In this document: in pieces, positions 25,388-37,970 of the stretch
Layout of the letters: each line of letters opens with the position of its first letter
Numbering within the stretch: position 1 is the first letter of the stretch
From: Actinomycetota bacterium
GTDB lineage: Bacteria; Actinomycetota; Actinomycetes; Actinomycetales; Dermatophilaceae
Direction of reading: 5' to 3'
Length of the DNA: 45,231 nt
Assembly (NCBI GenBank): GCA_039934065.1
Contig: JBDTMW010000001.1
Location: 1 to 45,231 of the forward strand
Program-made: the position numbers and the translations under genes
Notes under the pieces: model-generated
The model's input: only the letters and a program-made list of their open reading frames with translations
Told to the model about the DNA's origin: nothing
The model's database searches: none

Positions 25388-26311
25388 TCACGATCGTCTG
25401 GGATGGCCAGCCAACGCCGATGGGATCGCACGGGATACATCCACGCCCGGTTGCACGACCAACACGTCGCAGGTCAGCTTGTCGAGCACCGCCCTGCTGA
25501 CAGAGCCGACGACCAGACCTGCGAGACGCCCCCGACCATGGGTCCCGACGACGAGCAGGTCGGTTGGCCCGACCCTGTGCAACAGGGCAGACGCCGGGTC
25601 ATCCTGGGTGATCACCAGGCGGTTGGGGACGCCGACCGGAAGGCGGGCCACCCTCACCGCCTCGCGACACCTGCGCCAGCACTCGCCGATCGCCGCACGA
25701 TCGGCATCCTTGCCCCGCGGCAGGGCGTGCACCACGACCAGAGGGAGGCCTCTGATGGCGGCCTCAGCCACCGCGACCGCGAGGACCGCGTCGGGGGCGC
25801 CATCGCTGTCCATCCCGACGACGACCGCAGAGCCGGGCCCGAACCGTCGCCTCTGGCTCGGTCTGCCCTGATCATGCACGACGAGCATCGGGCACTTGAA
25901 CCGTCGCCCGAGCTCCGCGCTGGTAGATCCCAGGGAGAAGGTCGCCTGGCCTCCGTCACCCCTGCGTCCTAGCACCAGCAACCCGGTTCGACGAGCCAGC
26001 CGGTCCAGCTCAATCGAATCGGCCTCCTGAACAACGGCGGTTTGCACGGCAACAGACCGATCCGTCTCGAGAGCACGTTCCATTGCGCGCTCAGTCGCTG
26101 CCTTTGCCTGGTGGGTCGACTCAGCCTCAGCGCGGGCCACCCAGGCGAGGTTGTCCGGCCAGTAAGGCCGATGTTCGGCCACGGCGAGCAACACCAGAGC
26201 GACACCTCGTCGGGAAGCCTCACGCGTCGCGGCAATGACCGCGTGCTGGCTCTCCCAAGAACTGTCACAGCCCGCCACAACGGTTTCGGTGAGTCGGGAA
26301 GACGCGCACAT
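25388..26311 (-). CDS. Tandem universal stress protein (two USP domains)
   Basis: Two USP repeats, each ending in the nucleotide-binding motif (LLVLGRRGDGG..LGSTSAEL..CPMLVV and LLVVGTHGRGRLAGLVVGSVSRAVL..CDVLVV). Confidence 0.88.
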   Translation of the reverse strand: MCASSRLTETVVAGCDSSWESQHAVIAATREASRRGVALVLLAVAEHRPYWPDNLAWVARAEAESTHQAKAATERAMERALETDRSVAVQTAVVQEADSIELDRLARRTGLLVLGRRGDGGQATFSLGSTSAELGRRFKCPMLVVHDQGRPSQRRRFGPGSAVVVGMDSDGAPDAVLAVAVAEAAIRGLPLVVVHALPRGKDADRAAIGECWRRCREAVRVARLPVGVPNRLVITQDDPASALLHRVGPTDLLVVGTHGRGRLAGLVVGSVSRAVLDKLTCDVLVVQPGVDVSRAIPSALAGHPRRS

Positions 26312-26398
26312 ATGCCCTACCTCGCCTCGGATACGCAGCCAGATATGACTGACGACCCTGTCCCCTTCAGGATCGCCGACCGAGCCTCACGGGCCCTA

Positions 26399-26412
26399 GG
26401 GTCCTTGGTCCC
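26399..26412. promoter_or_regulatory. Dos-box-like palindrome GGGTC-cttg-GTCCC
   Basis: 9 of 10 core positions match GGGAC-N4-GTCCC. It lies in the divergent USP/ppdK intergenic region, ~90 nt upstream of the USP start (26311). Confidence 0.5.
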
Positions 26413-26440
26413 CCTTTTGCGAGCAAGCCCGCACGGCATC

Positions 26441-26454
26441 GGGACCATGGTCAC
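26441..26454. promoter_or_regulatory. Dos-box-like palindrome GGGAC-catg-GTCAC
   Basis: 9 of 10 core match. Its centre is 42 bp (four helical turns) from the 26399 box and ~140 nt upstream of ppdK ATG 26591. Confidence 0.5.
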
Positions 26455-26590
26455 TCCCCCTTGACCAAGAATCCAGCCAGCATTGGGTCTGTCAGCTAGC
26501 CCAACCGCCCCCGACCCAGAACCAGTCAGACCGCACATCGCATCCAAACCGCTCCAAGCCCGAGAAACCAGGATCGTCCGGGAGGACCAC

Positions 26591-29374
<2,784 letters not shown>

Positions 29375-29472
29375 GGGCGCGAGGGGTGTCGTCGGAGTGC
29401 GTGGGAGGGGCTGCGTCCGCCGACGCTCGAGCCTCGTGAGACCTCCGGCATCTCCAAGGGAACCCGACGGTC

Positions 29473-30072
29473 TCAGGCGTCTGGGTCCTGCGACGTGACG
29501 CGGCGAACGCCGAGGATGGCCTGCGCGATCGCGGTCGCCGCAGCCACCTCACGGTCTGAGGCCGTCCCGGTGATGTGAACCACCCTGTCGGCAACATCTG
29601 CATGCCAGGAATGCTGACCGATCTGCGCGAACGCCTTGGACACCTCTTCCGCGATGTCGCTGTCGGGCCGCGCCATCGTCCTGATCACGTCACTCCGGCT
29701 GACGACGCCCAAGAGCACGTCACCCCGCACCACCGGCATGCACTTCCAGCTCGTGGCGGCGAACGTCTGAGCCAGCTCCGCAACGTCGGTGTCCTCCCGG
29801 ACCGTGTGCGGACGCGCCGTCATCACCTGACCCACGGTCGTCAGCAGAGGGTCCGAGTCTGGAAGGACGGGACGCATGTGCGCCCGCGGGTCCGGCGCCA
29901 GGTGTTCGCGGAGCAGATCGGCCTCGCTGATGATGCCGACCAGACGCCCGCTACTGTCCACGACCGGGAGACTGGTCACTCGGGCGGTCACCAACGTCTG
30001 CAGCGCCTCCTCAAGGGAGGCGCTCTCATCCACCTTGTGTGCCGGGCTGGTCATGATTTCGCGAACGAGCAT
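29473..30072 (-). CDS. CBS-pair protein with a C-terminal BON-like segment (Hrp1-like hypoxic response protein)
   Basis: MLVREIMTSPAHKV...SLPVVDSSGRLVGIISEADLL...VGQVMTARPHTV...CMPVVRGDVLLGVVSRSDVI gives two CBS motifs. A ~60-aa tail follows (HITGTASDREVAAATAIAQAILGVRRV). GGAG lies 8 nt before ATG 30072 (ATG 30078 also possible). Confidence 0.85.
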   Translation of the reverse strand: MLVREIMTSPAHKVDESASLEEALQTLVTARVTSLPVVDSSGRLVGIISEADLLREHLAPDPRAHMRPVLPDSDPLLTTVGQVMTARPHTVREDTDVAELAQTFAATSWKCMPVVRGDVLLGVVSRSDVIRTMARPDSDIAEEVSKAFAQIGQHSWHADVADRVVHITGTASDREVAAATAIAQAILGVRRVTSQDPDA

Positions 30073-30139
30073 CTCCATAACTCCTTTCAGACGCACTGCA
30101 TGGTGAGGCCACCATGCCCATCGAACCTCGTCGGGACCA

Positions 30140-30153
30140 GAGACGAACGTCCC
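30140..30153. promoter_or_regulatory. Dos-box-like palindrome GAGAC-gaac-GTCCC
   Basis: 9 of 10 core match, ~70 nt upstream of the CBS gene start and abutting the kinase stop codon (30157). Confidence 0.45.
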
Positions 30154-30156
30154 CGA

Positions 30157-31917
<1,761 letters not shown>

Positions 31918-32451
31918 CTAGGGTGTGTCCGATCGATCGGAGTCCTCCAGGACACGGTCGCCGGCGAGCACGCTGTATGCCGGTCCGGCGTCACCCGGTG
32001 ACGCCGGCTGCGTGTCTTCAGGACCGGAGACGGTCAGAACGTCACACCCTGCGTGTTCCTGGCAGTACTGACCCACGCGCACAGGGGCATCCGGCGCATC
32101 GCGCCCCACCACGAGGACAGCAGCACCGCGGCTGCGCTCGACCAGCGTCTGCGCTGCTTCACCCTCCACGGTCTCGAACGTGCAGGGAACGCGCCGCTGC
32201 CTGTGCAGGGCCCGCAGGGCGACGCCGAACATCGCCACATCCATCTCTGCTCGCTCCTCAGAGCTCAGGCCGACGGGCAACACCTGGACAAAGCGCACGC
32301 GAGCTGCCCTATGAACGGCCTCGCGGACAGCGGCGCCGGCGACGAGTGGCGCCATGTCGTCATTCACCAGACCGGCCACCACGTCACGGGGCCGGTACGG
32401 CGACGTGGTGCCCCCAGCTCCGGTGTTGGTGGGTGCCTGCATGAAAACCAT
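31918..32451 (-). CDS. Degenerate USP-like protein without the ATP-binding motif
   Basis: The stop lies 9 nt upstream of the kinase start, so it is operonic. It has USP-like beta-alpha topology (..RVRFVQVLP.., ..AAVLVVGRDAPDAP..VGQYCQEHAGCDVLTV). The G-x2-G-x9-G[S/T] motif is replaced. The start is ATG 32451 or 32442. Confidence 0.6.
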   Translation of the reverse strand: MVFMQAPTNTGAGGTTSPYRPRDVVAGLVNDDMAPLVAGAAVREAVHRAARVRFVQVLPVGLSSEERAEMDVAMFGVALRALHRQRRVPCTFETVEGEAAQTLVERSRGAAVLVVGRDAPDAPVRVGQYCQEHAGCDVLTVSGPEDTQPASPGDAGPAYSVLAGDRVLEDSDRSDTP

Positions 32452-32478
32452 CGTGCGACCCGGCTAGCGGGATCGGCA

Positions 32479-32492
32479 GGGGCAAAGGTCCC
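32479..32492. promoter_or_regulatory. Dos-box-like palindrome GGGGC-aaag-GTCCC
   Basis: 9 of 10 core match in the 150-bp divergent region between the USP-like/dosS operon and the tandem USP gene. Confidence 0.5.
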
Positions 32493-32522
32493 GAGACAAT
32501 GGCGAGCTCGATGCCAGCGCAC

Positions 32523-32536
32523 GGGACCAAGTGCCC
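32523..32536. promoter_or_regulatory. Weaker Dos-box-like site GGGAC-caag-TGCCC
   Basis: 8 of 10 core match, with its centre 44 bp from the 32479 box, in the same divergent region. Confidence 0.3.
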
Positions 32537-32602
32537 TGTCCCTGCGCGGCTGAGGTGACCAGTGTTGGTAGTAGTGAGAAGCAGACGCCCAAGGAGAACG
32601 AC

Positions 32603-33565
32603 ATGGACATCACACCCGCTCCCCGAGGTGCCGTCGTCGTCGGCGTCGATGGCTCGTCAACCAGTGACCTGGCCCTGGACTGGGCGGTCGAGGAGGCCAC
32701 CCGGCGGAATCTGCCGCTGCACATCATCCACGCCTTCTCCTTCGGGTATCCGAAGACGAGGAGCGGGTTTGGGCACTCAGTCGATGACCTGCGCCAGATA
32801 GCCCACAGAGTCCGCAAGGACGCAACGGCGCGCGCACAGCGTGCCAACCCAGAGCTGGCCATCACCTGGCACGAGTCGGCATACGGTCCGGCACCCACTT
32901 TGGTGCAGGCCTCGAAAACGGCGGCAACGGTCGTCGTGGGCGCCCGCGGCCTGAGCGCTGTGCAGGGTGTGCTCGTGGGGTCCGTGTCGCTCCAGGTGGC
33001 GACGCATGCCCACTGCCCTGTTGTCGTCGTCCATGACAAGCCGGCACCCGCTCCCGATGCCCCTGTCGTTGTTGGTGTTGACGGTTCGGCGGTGTCCATG
33101 AGTGCGATCGCCTACGCATACGAGCAGGCGGCTTCACGCGGTGTCGGCCTGACCGTCGTCCACGCCTGGTGGCTGGAGTACGTCGAAAGCACCGCAGCCT
33201 CGGCCATCTGGACGGTTGACTGGCAGCAGTTCGCCGAGGAAGAGCAGATTCTGGTTTCAGAGTCGCTGGCCGGGTGGCAGGAGAAGTTCCCCGACGTCGC
33301 CATGCGTCGACACAGCGTTCGCGGACTCCCGGTAGAGGCGCTGGTTCGTCAGAGTGAGAACGCCTGTCTGGTCGTCGTGGGCACTCGCGGCCGTGGCGGG
33401 TTCAAGGGCCTCCTCCTGGGCTCGGTGAGCCAGGGTGTCATGCACCGGGCTCACTGCCCCGTGGCGATCGTGCACGCCCCCAGAGGGCCCGAGGACGACA
33501 GGGAGGACAAGTCCGGAAGCGCCCCTCATGGGCTCCCCGTGCCGCCGGTGCGAGAGCAGACCTGA
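32603..33565 (+). CDS. Tandem universal stress protein
   Basis: AAGGAG lies 6 nt before ATG 32603. There are two USP domains (VVVGVDGSSTSDLALDWAVEEA..., ..VVVGARGLSAVQGVLVGSVSLQVATHAHCPVVVV; VVVGVDGSAVS..., ..LVVVGTRGRGGFKGLLLGSVSQGVMHRAHCPVAIV). Confidence 0.9.
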   Translation: MDITPAPRGAVVVGVDGSSTSDLALDWAVEEATRRNLPLHIIHAFSFGYPKTRSGFGHSVDDLRQIAHRVRKDATARAQRANPELAITWHESAYGPAPTLVQASKTAATVVVGARGLSAVQGVLVGSVSLQVATHAHCPVVVVHDKPAPAPDAPVVVGVDGSAVSMSAIAYAYEQAASRGVGLTVVHAWWLEYVESTAASAIWTVDWQQFAEEEQILVSESLAGWQEKFPDVAMRRHSVRGLPVEALVRQSENACLVVVGTRGRGGFKGLLLGSVSQGVMHRAHCPVAIVHAPRGPEDDREDKSGSAPHGLPVPPVREQT

Positions 33566-33853
33566 ACCGGAGAAGCCACAGGTTTCGAGAGAGCAAGCCC
33601 CAACTGGAAACCGCTCCCGGTGCGGTCCGAGTCCATCTCCGATGTCGTTCTCACGCATGCTCACCTGGACCACAGTGGCCATCTGCCGGCACAGGTACGA
33701 GAGGAGTACACCGGGCCGACCTGGTGTACCGAGGGCGCGGCGGCCCTGGCTGCGATCATCTTGCGCGACAGCGCCCACCTTCAGGAGGAGGACGCCGAGA
33801 ATGCACGACTCGCGGGGTTCTCCCGGCACGACCGCATGACAAAGCGCGCGTGA
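33566..33853 (+). pseudogene. Remnant of an MBL-fold (beta-CASP-type) metallo-hydrolase gene, truncated at both ends
   Basis: The in-frame reading from right after the USP stop is ..PNWKPLPVRSESISDVVLTHAHLDHSGHLP...YTGPTWCTEGAAALAAIILRDSAHLQEEDAENARLAGFSRHD. This covers the HxHxDH metal motif and following helix of a ~450-aa family. The first ~50 codons and everything after ~95 codons are missing. Confidence 0.7.
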
Positions 33854-33861
33854 CATAGTGC

Positions 33862-33895
33862 ACGGCGGACCGCCCCGGAAGAGGCGGTCCGCCGT
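33862..33895. terminator. 13-bp GC-rich hairpin between the MBL remnant and the malic enzyme gene
   Basis: acggcggaccgcc-cggaagag-ggcggtccgccgt, flanked by an A5 run on the plus strand (T5 on the minus strand). It lies 13 nt from the malic enzyme stop (33908). Confidence 0.6.
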
Positions 33896-33907
33896 GGCAA
33901 AAAGCCA

Positions 33908-35344
33908 TCAGCTCAGGTGCGAGTTCTTCACCGGCTCCGCCTGCGAGACCAGCCCGGCCGCAGCCGCAGCCTTCTGCACCGCTGCGGACACCGCTGGCAC
34001 CACCCGCGCATCAAAGATGGACGGGATGACGTAGTCCCGCGAGGCCCCATCCTCGGCGACGATGTCGGCGAGCGCCCTTGACGCTGCAACCTTCATCGAC
34101 ATGTCGACAGACCGGGCGCGGCTGTCGAGCAGGCCACGGAACAAGCCGGGGAACACCAGGACGTTGTTGATCTGGTTCGCATAGTCGCTGCGGCCGGTGG
34201 CGACCACCGCCACGTTGTCCGGCATCTCCTCGGGCATGATCTCGGGGATCGGGTTGGCCATCGCGAACACAATCGCGTCCTTGGCCATGTTGGCCACCCA
34301 CTCTGGCTTGACCAGGCCGGGACCGCTGACACCGACGAGTACGTCCGCACCCACCAGCGCCTCTTCCAGCCCGCCGCGGCGGTCCTCGGAGTTGGTCGTC
34401 TCTGCGATGGATCGTTTCTGATCGTTGAGGTCCGTGCGGTCCTTGGAGACGATCCCCTTGCGGTCCACACCGATGAAGTTGCCCACACCGGCGTACTGCC
34501 ACAGCTTGATGCAGGCCACTCCCGCCGCGCCCATACCGAGGAAGACGACGTTGAGGTCCTCCATCCGCTTGCCGACCACCTTGGCCGCGCCGTACAGAGC
34601 TGCCAGCGAGACGATCGCGGTGCCGTGCTGGTCGTCGTGGAAGACGGGGATGTCCAGCTCTTCCTGCAGCCGTCGCTCAACCTCGAAACACACCGGCGCC
34701 GCGACGTCCTCGAGGTTGATCCCACCAAACCCTGGCGCGATCGCCTTGCCTATCGCGACGAGCTCCTCAACGCCTGAGGTGCGGACGCACACGGGGTACG
34801 CGTCAACGTTGGCGAGCTGCTTGAACAGCATCGCCTTGCCCTCCATCACGGGCATGGCCGCTTCGGGGCCGATGTCACCGAGGCCGAGCACCGCGGTGCC
34901 GTCGGTCAGCACTGCGACCGAGTTCTTCTTGATGGTGTAGTCCCACACGAGCTCGGGGTCATCCGCGATCGCGGTGCAGACCCGCCCGACGCCGGGGGTG
35001 TATGCCATCGACAGGTCGTCACGAGTGAGCACCGCGAACTTCGGTGTCACCTCGATCTTGCCGCCGATATGCCGGTCGAAGACCCTGTCACTGACCGAAA
35101 GCAGCTCAACGCCTTCGACTGCGCGAGCGGCTTCGACGACCTCCTTGCCGTGCGCCTCGCCACGGGTCTCCACCAGGATCTGCCGAATGATGAGGTCACC
35201 CTGGTGCTCAACAATGTCGATGGCGTCAAGCAGGGCACCGGCGGCACCGAGCGCCGAGGTCAACCTCCCCAACGTGCCTGGAACGCGCTGCAACGACACG
35301 CGCAAACTGAGCGTGTTCCCCGCGGATGGATGGATCATCACCAT
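33908..35344 (-). CDS. NAD(P)-dependent malic enzyme with N-terminal ACT domain
   Basis: An ACT-like N-terminus (LSLRVSLQRVPGTLGRLTSALGAAGALLDAIDIV) is followed by ..LSMAYTPGVGRVC.., VLTDGTAVLGLGDIGP..AMPVMEGKAMLFK, GGINLEDV and FLGMGAAGVA. The start is one of GTG 35353, ATG 35344 or ATG 35338. Confidence 0.9.
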   Translation of the reverse strand: MVMIHPSAGNTLSLRVSLQRVPGTLGRLTSALGAAGALLDAIDIVEHQGDLIIRQILVETRGEAHGKEVVEAARAVEGVELLSVSDRVFDRHIGGKIEVTPKFAVLTRDDLSMAYTPGVGRVCTAIADDPELVWDYTIKKNSVAVLTDGTAVLGLGDIGPEAAMPVMEGKAMLFKQLANVDAYPVCVRTSGVEELVAIGKAIAPGFGGINLEDVAAPVCFEVERRLQEELDIPVFHDDQHGTAIVSLAALYGAAKVVGKRMEDLNVVFLGMGAAGVACIKLWQYAGVGNFIGVDRKGIVSKDRTDLNDQKRSIAETTNSEDRRGGLEEALVGADVLVGVSGPGLVKPEWVANMAKDAIVFAMANPIPEIMPEEMPDNVAVVATGRSDYANQINNVLVFPGLFRGLLDSRARSVDMSMKVAASRALADIVAEDGASRDYVIPSIFDARVVPAVSAAVQKAAAAAGLVSQAEPVKNSHLS

Positions 35345-35491
35345 GAGCTGCACCCTTACCTAGGTCGGCGGGTCGTCTGGTGCGACCCCCTTGTCGCGGG
35401 CCGAGCGATCTCTGAGGCGAGTACGAGTCAGGCTCGCTTGGCCGGGCTGGGGCTCACTGTATCCAGCGCCGGGATCACCCCCGCCACCGGC

Positions 35492-37237
35492 TCAGTCAAC
35501 GTCGAATGCGTCGGTCGCCTCAATCCGCTCACGGACCAGCCGGCGCAGGACCTTGCCGATCTGGGAGCGTGGGAGCTCGTCGAGGATCACGACCCTGCGG
35601 GGCACCTTGTATCCGGTGAGCTGCTCGCGCGCGAAAGTTCGCACTTGCTCAGGGTCGATGGTCGCGCCAGGCGTGGCCACGACGGCCGCAACGACCTCTT
35701 CGCCGGCGTCGCCCGTGTGCACGCCCACCACGGCCACGTCATCGATCTCGGGAAGCTGCCGCAGAACGTCCTCGATCTCGGAGGGATAGACGTTGAAACC
35801 CCCGGTGATGATCAGCTCCTTGATCCGGTCGACGATGCGGATGAAGCCGTCGGTGTCGGCGATCGCGACGTCGCCGGTGCGTAGCCAACCGCCCGGGAGC
35901 AGCGCCTTCGCGGTCTCCTCCGGGCGGTTCCAGTAACCCGCGAACACCTGAGGGCCCGCGATGAGCAGCTCGCCCTGCTTCCCGATCGGAAGGTCGTGCG
36001 ACGGCTCATCCGGATCGACAATTCGGATCCGGGTGGATGGGAACGGGACGCCCACCGTTCCGGGTCGCCGAGTGGGGGCCGCCGGGTTGCCGAGCGAGAC
36101 GGGCGAGGTCTCGGTCATCCCGTAGCCCTCGACGAGCAGCCCTCCACTGACTGACTCCCACATCTCGACCACGGCGGGGGGCAGCGCCATGGCGCCCGAG
36201 ATCGCGTAGCGGATCGAGGTCAGGTCGACGCCGCGCTCGCGAGCCGCCGTAGCCAGGCGTTCGTAGATCGGCGGGACCGCGGGCAGGAAGGTAGGGGGTC
36301 GGCGGTGGACCGCCTCCAGCATCAGGTCGAGGTCGAAGCGAGGCAGCAACACCAGGGTCGCCCCCACGCTCATCGAGAAGGTAAGGCACAGGGTCAGCCC
36401 GTACGCGTGGAACAGGGGCAGCACCGCGTATACGGTCTCCTCGCCGTCCTTGAGCCCGGGCATCCAGGCTCGCCCCTGTGCCGCGTTCGCCCGAAGGTTC
36501 CGATGGGTCAGAATGGCGCCCTTGGGGGTCCCTGTGGTCCCACCCGTGTACTGCAGCAATGCCACATCCCCCGGGCCTGGCAGCGGGTGCGCCCGGTCGA
36601 GCGGGCCGGACGAGGACGCGACCTGCTCCCAGCGCAGGACCCCTGGGGGAACCGGTCCGGTCATGGCCGCACGTGCCGCCCGAGCCTTGGCCACCGGCAG
36701 CCGCAGCTTCAAGCGCATCTGCCAGGGCACGGCGCTCGTGAGATCGACGGCCAGGATGACCCGCACTGCGGTCTTCGAACGCAGCTCGTCGATCACCAGC
36801 GCCGTCTTGTCCCAGCAGACGACGACTGTCGCCCCGCAGTCGGACAGCTGGTGCTCGAGCTCCGGTGCCGTGTACAGCGGGTTGTGCTCGACGACAATGG
36901 CACCCAGCCGCAGCGCTGCATAGAAGGCCACCACGTGCTGTGGACAGTTCGGCAGCACCAGCCCCACCCGGTCCCCTGTCTTCACGCCCAGGTTGCGCAG
37001 CGCCTCTGCGGCCAGGTCCACCTGGGCGGCCAGCTCCGAGTAGGTCGTCTCCGCGCCGAAGAAGTCGAGTGCGACCCGGCTGCTGTGACTTGCTGCACTG
37101 GAGGCGAGCATCTCAGGCAGTGACTCGGCCGGGACCTCGAGGTCTGCCGCGACTCCTGGCGCATAGCTCGCAAGCCAGGGACGCCCGCTGAGTGGGCCGC
37201 TGTCATTGGCCTCATCCGCTGTGTCCGTGCGGTCCAT
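35492..37237 (-). CDS. fadD: Long-chain-fatty-acid--CoA ligase (AMP-dependent synthetase)
   Basis: RPWLASYAPGV.., LLQYTGGTTGTPKGAILTHRN, ..GYGMTETSP.., ..TGDVAIADTDGFIRIVDRIKELI..GGFNVYPSEIE..GKVLRR. The start is ambiguous (ATG 37237 with an upstream GGGGAG is used; ATG 37264 and GTG 37297 are alternatives). Confidence 0.9.
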   Translation of the reverse strand: MDRTDTADEANDSGPLSGRPWLASYAPGVAADLEVPAESLPEMLASSAASHSSRVALDFFGAETTYSELAAQVDLAAEALRNLGVKTGDRVGLVLPNCPQHVVAFYAALRLGAIVVEHNPLYTAPELEHQLSDCGATVVVCWDKTALVIDELRSKTAVRVILAVDLTSAVPWQMRLKLRLPVAKARAARAAMTGPVPPGVLRWEQVASSSGPLDRAHPLPGPGDVALLQYTGGTTGTPKGAILTHRNLRANAAQGRAWMPGLKDGEETVYAVLPLFHAYGLTLCLTFSMSVGATLVLLPRFDLDLMLEAVHRRPPTFLPAVPPIYERLATAARERGVDLTSIRYAISGAMALPPAVVEMWESVSGGLLVEGYGMTETSPVSLGNPAAPTRRPGTVGVPFPSTRIRIVDPDEPSHDLPIGKQGELLIAGPQVFAGYWNRPEETAKALLPGGWLRTGDVAIADTDGFIRIVDRIKELIITGGFNVYPSEIEDVLRQLPEIDDVAVVGVHTGDAGEEVVAAVVATPGATIDPEQVRTFAREQLTGYKVPRRVVILDELPRSQIGKVLRRLVRERIEATDAFDVD

Positions 37238-37492
37238 GTCCACCTGTTCTCCCCGCTCGATCATGCCGTCACTGTTCGGCTCATGTCCCCTGCGCACCCA
37301 TCCGCAGGCGTGGCTCCACCACCATGCACACTATCCAACCGTCACCGGCAATTGACAGGAACAAAAGGTGGGGTTCAAGAATCCGTTGAAGGCATGCCGA
37401 AGGTCCCTGTTGGCCCGGACGCGCTCCGCCCATCCTTAGAGGGCAACCACGGAACGAGTGGGCAGATGAACACGACATCAGGAGCTGCACGT

Positions 37493-37948
37493 ATGGATCT
37501 CGACGCCCTGCTACTCGAGGCCGAGACAGATGTCCTGGTCGAGGCGTATGCCGCCCTTCACAACCGGCATGTCACCCACTATGAGCTGGCGGGAGAGACG
37601 TTCACCCGGCAGCGGCTGGCCGACCTCTTCAGGCTGGTCGTAACGGCAATCCAGACTCACGACCTTGCCGCGATGAGCGCCTTCGCCGAGGGGGTGGCAA
37701 CGGAGCGCTTCGACCACGGCTTCGACATCTCCGAAGTGCAGATGGCCTTCAACTCTCTGGAAGAAGCGATGTGGAAACGTGTGGTCTCCGCTAAGGCCCC
37801 AGGCGACCTCGCCGAGGCAATCGGCATGCTGAGCACTGTCCTGGGCTTCGGCAAGGACGTCGTGGCACGCAAGTATCTGTCCCTCGCGTGCCAGCGACAC
37901 GTCCCGTCGCTCGACCTGACCTCGTTGTTCGCAGGCGTGACCTCGTGA
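37493..37948 (+). CDS. Hypothetical all-helical protein, possibly an RsbR-N/sensor-globin-like domain
   Basis: GGAG lies 8 nt before ATG 37493 (alternative ATG 37466). MDLDALLLEAETDVLVEAYAALHNRHVTHYELAGETF...GVATERFDHGFDISEVQMAFNSLEEAMWKRVV resembles stand-alone RsbRD_N-type domains. The family call is from memory only. Confidence 0.55.
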   Translation: MDLDALLLEAETDVLVEAYAALHNRHVTHYELAGETFTRQRLADLFRLVVTAIQTHDLAAMSAFAEGVATERFDHGFDISEVQMAFNSLEEAMWKRVVSAKAPGDLAEAIGMLSTVLGFGKDVVARKYLSLACQRHVPSLDLTSLFAGVTS

Positions 37949-37970
37949 CCCGACACTCGGACTGACGCTG

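Noticed and set aside
26391-26404. Third overlapping palindrome GGGCCctagGGTCC in the USP/ppdK spacer
   Set aside because: Only 7 of 10 positions match the GGGAC-N4-GTCCC core, and it overlaps the better 26399-26412 site. It is probably the same element seen in a shifted register.
37352-37380. TTGACA hexamer as a -35 box upstream of the helical-protein gene
   Set aside because: No acceptable -10 (TANNNT) lies 16-19 nt downstream, so I do not call it a promoter.
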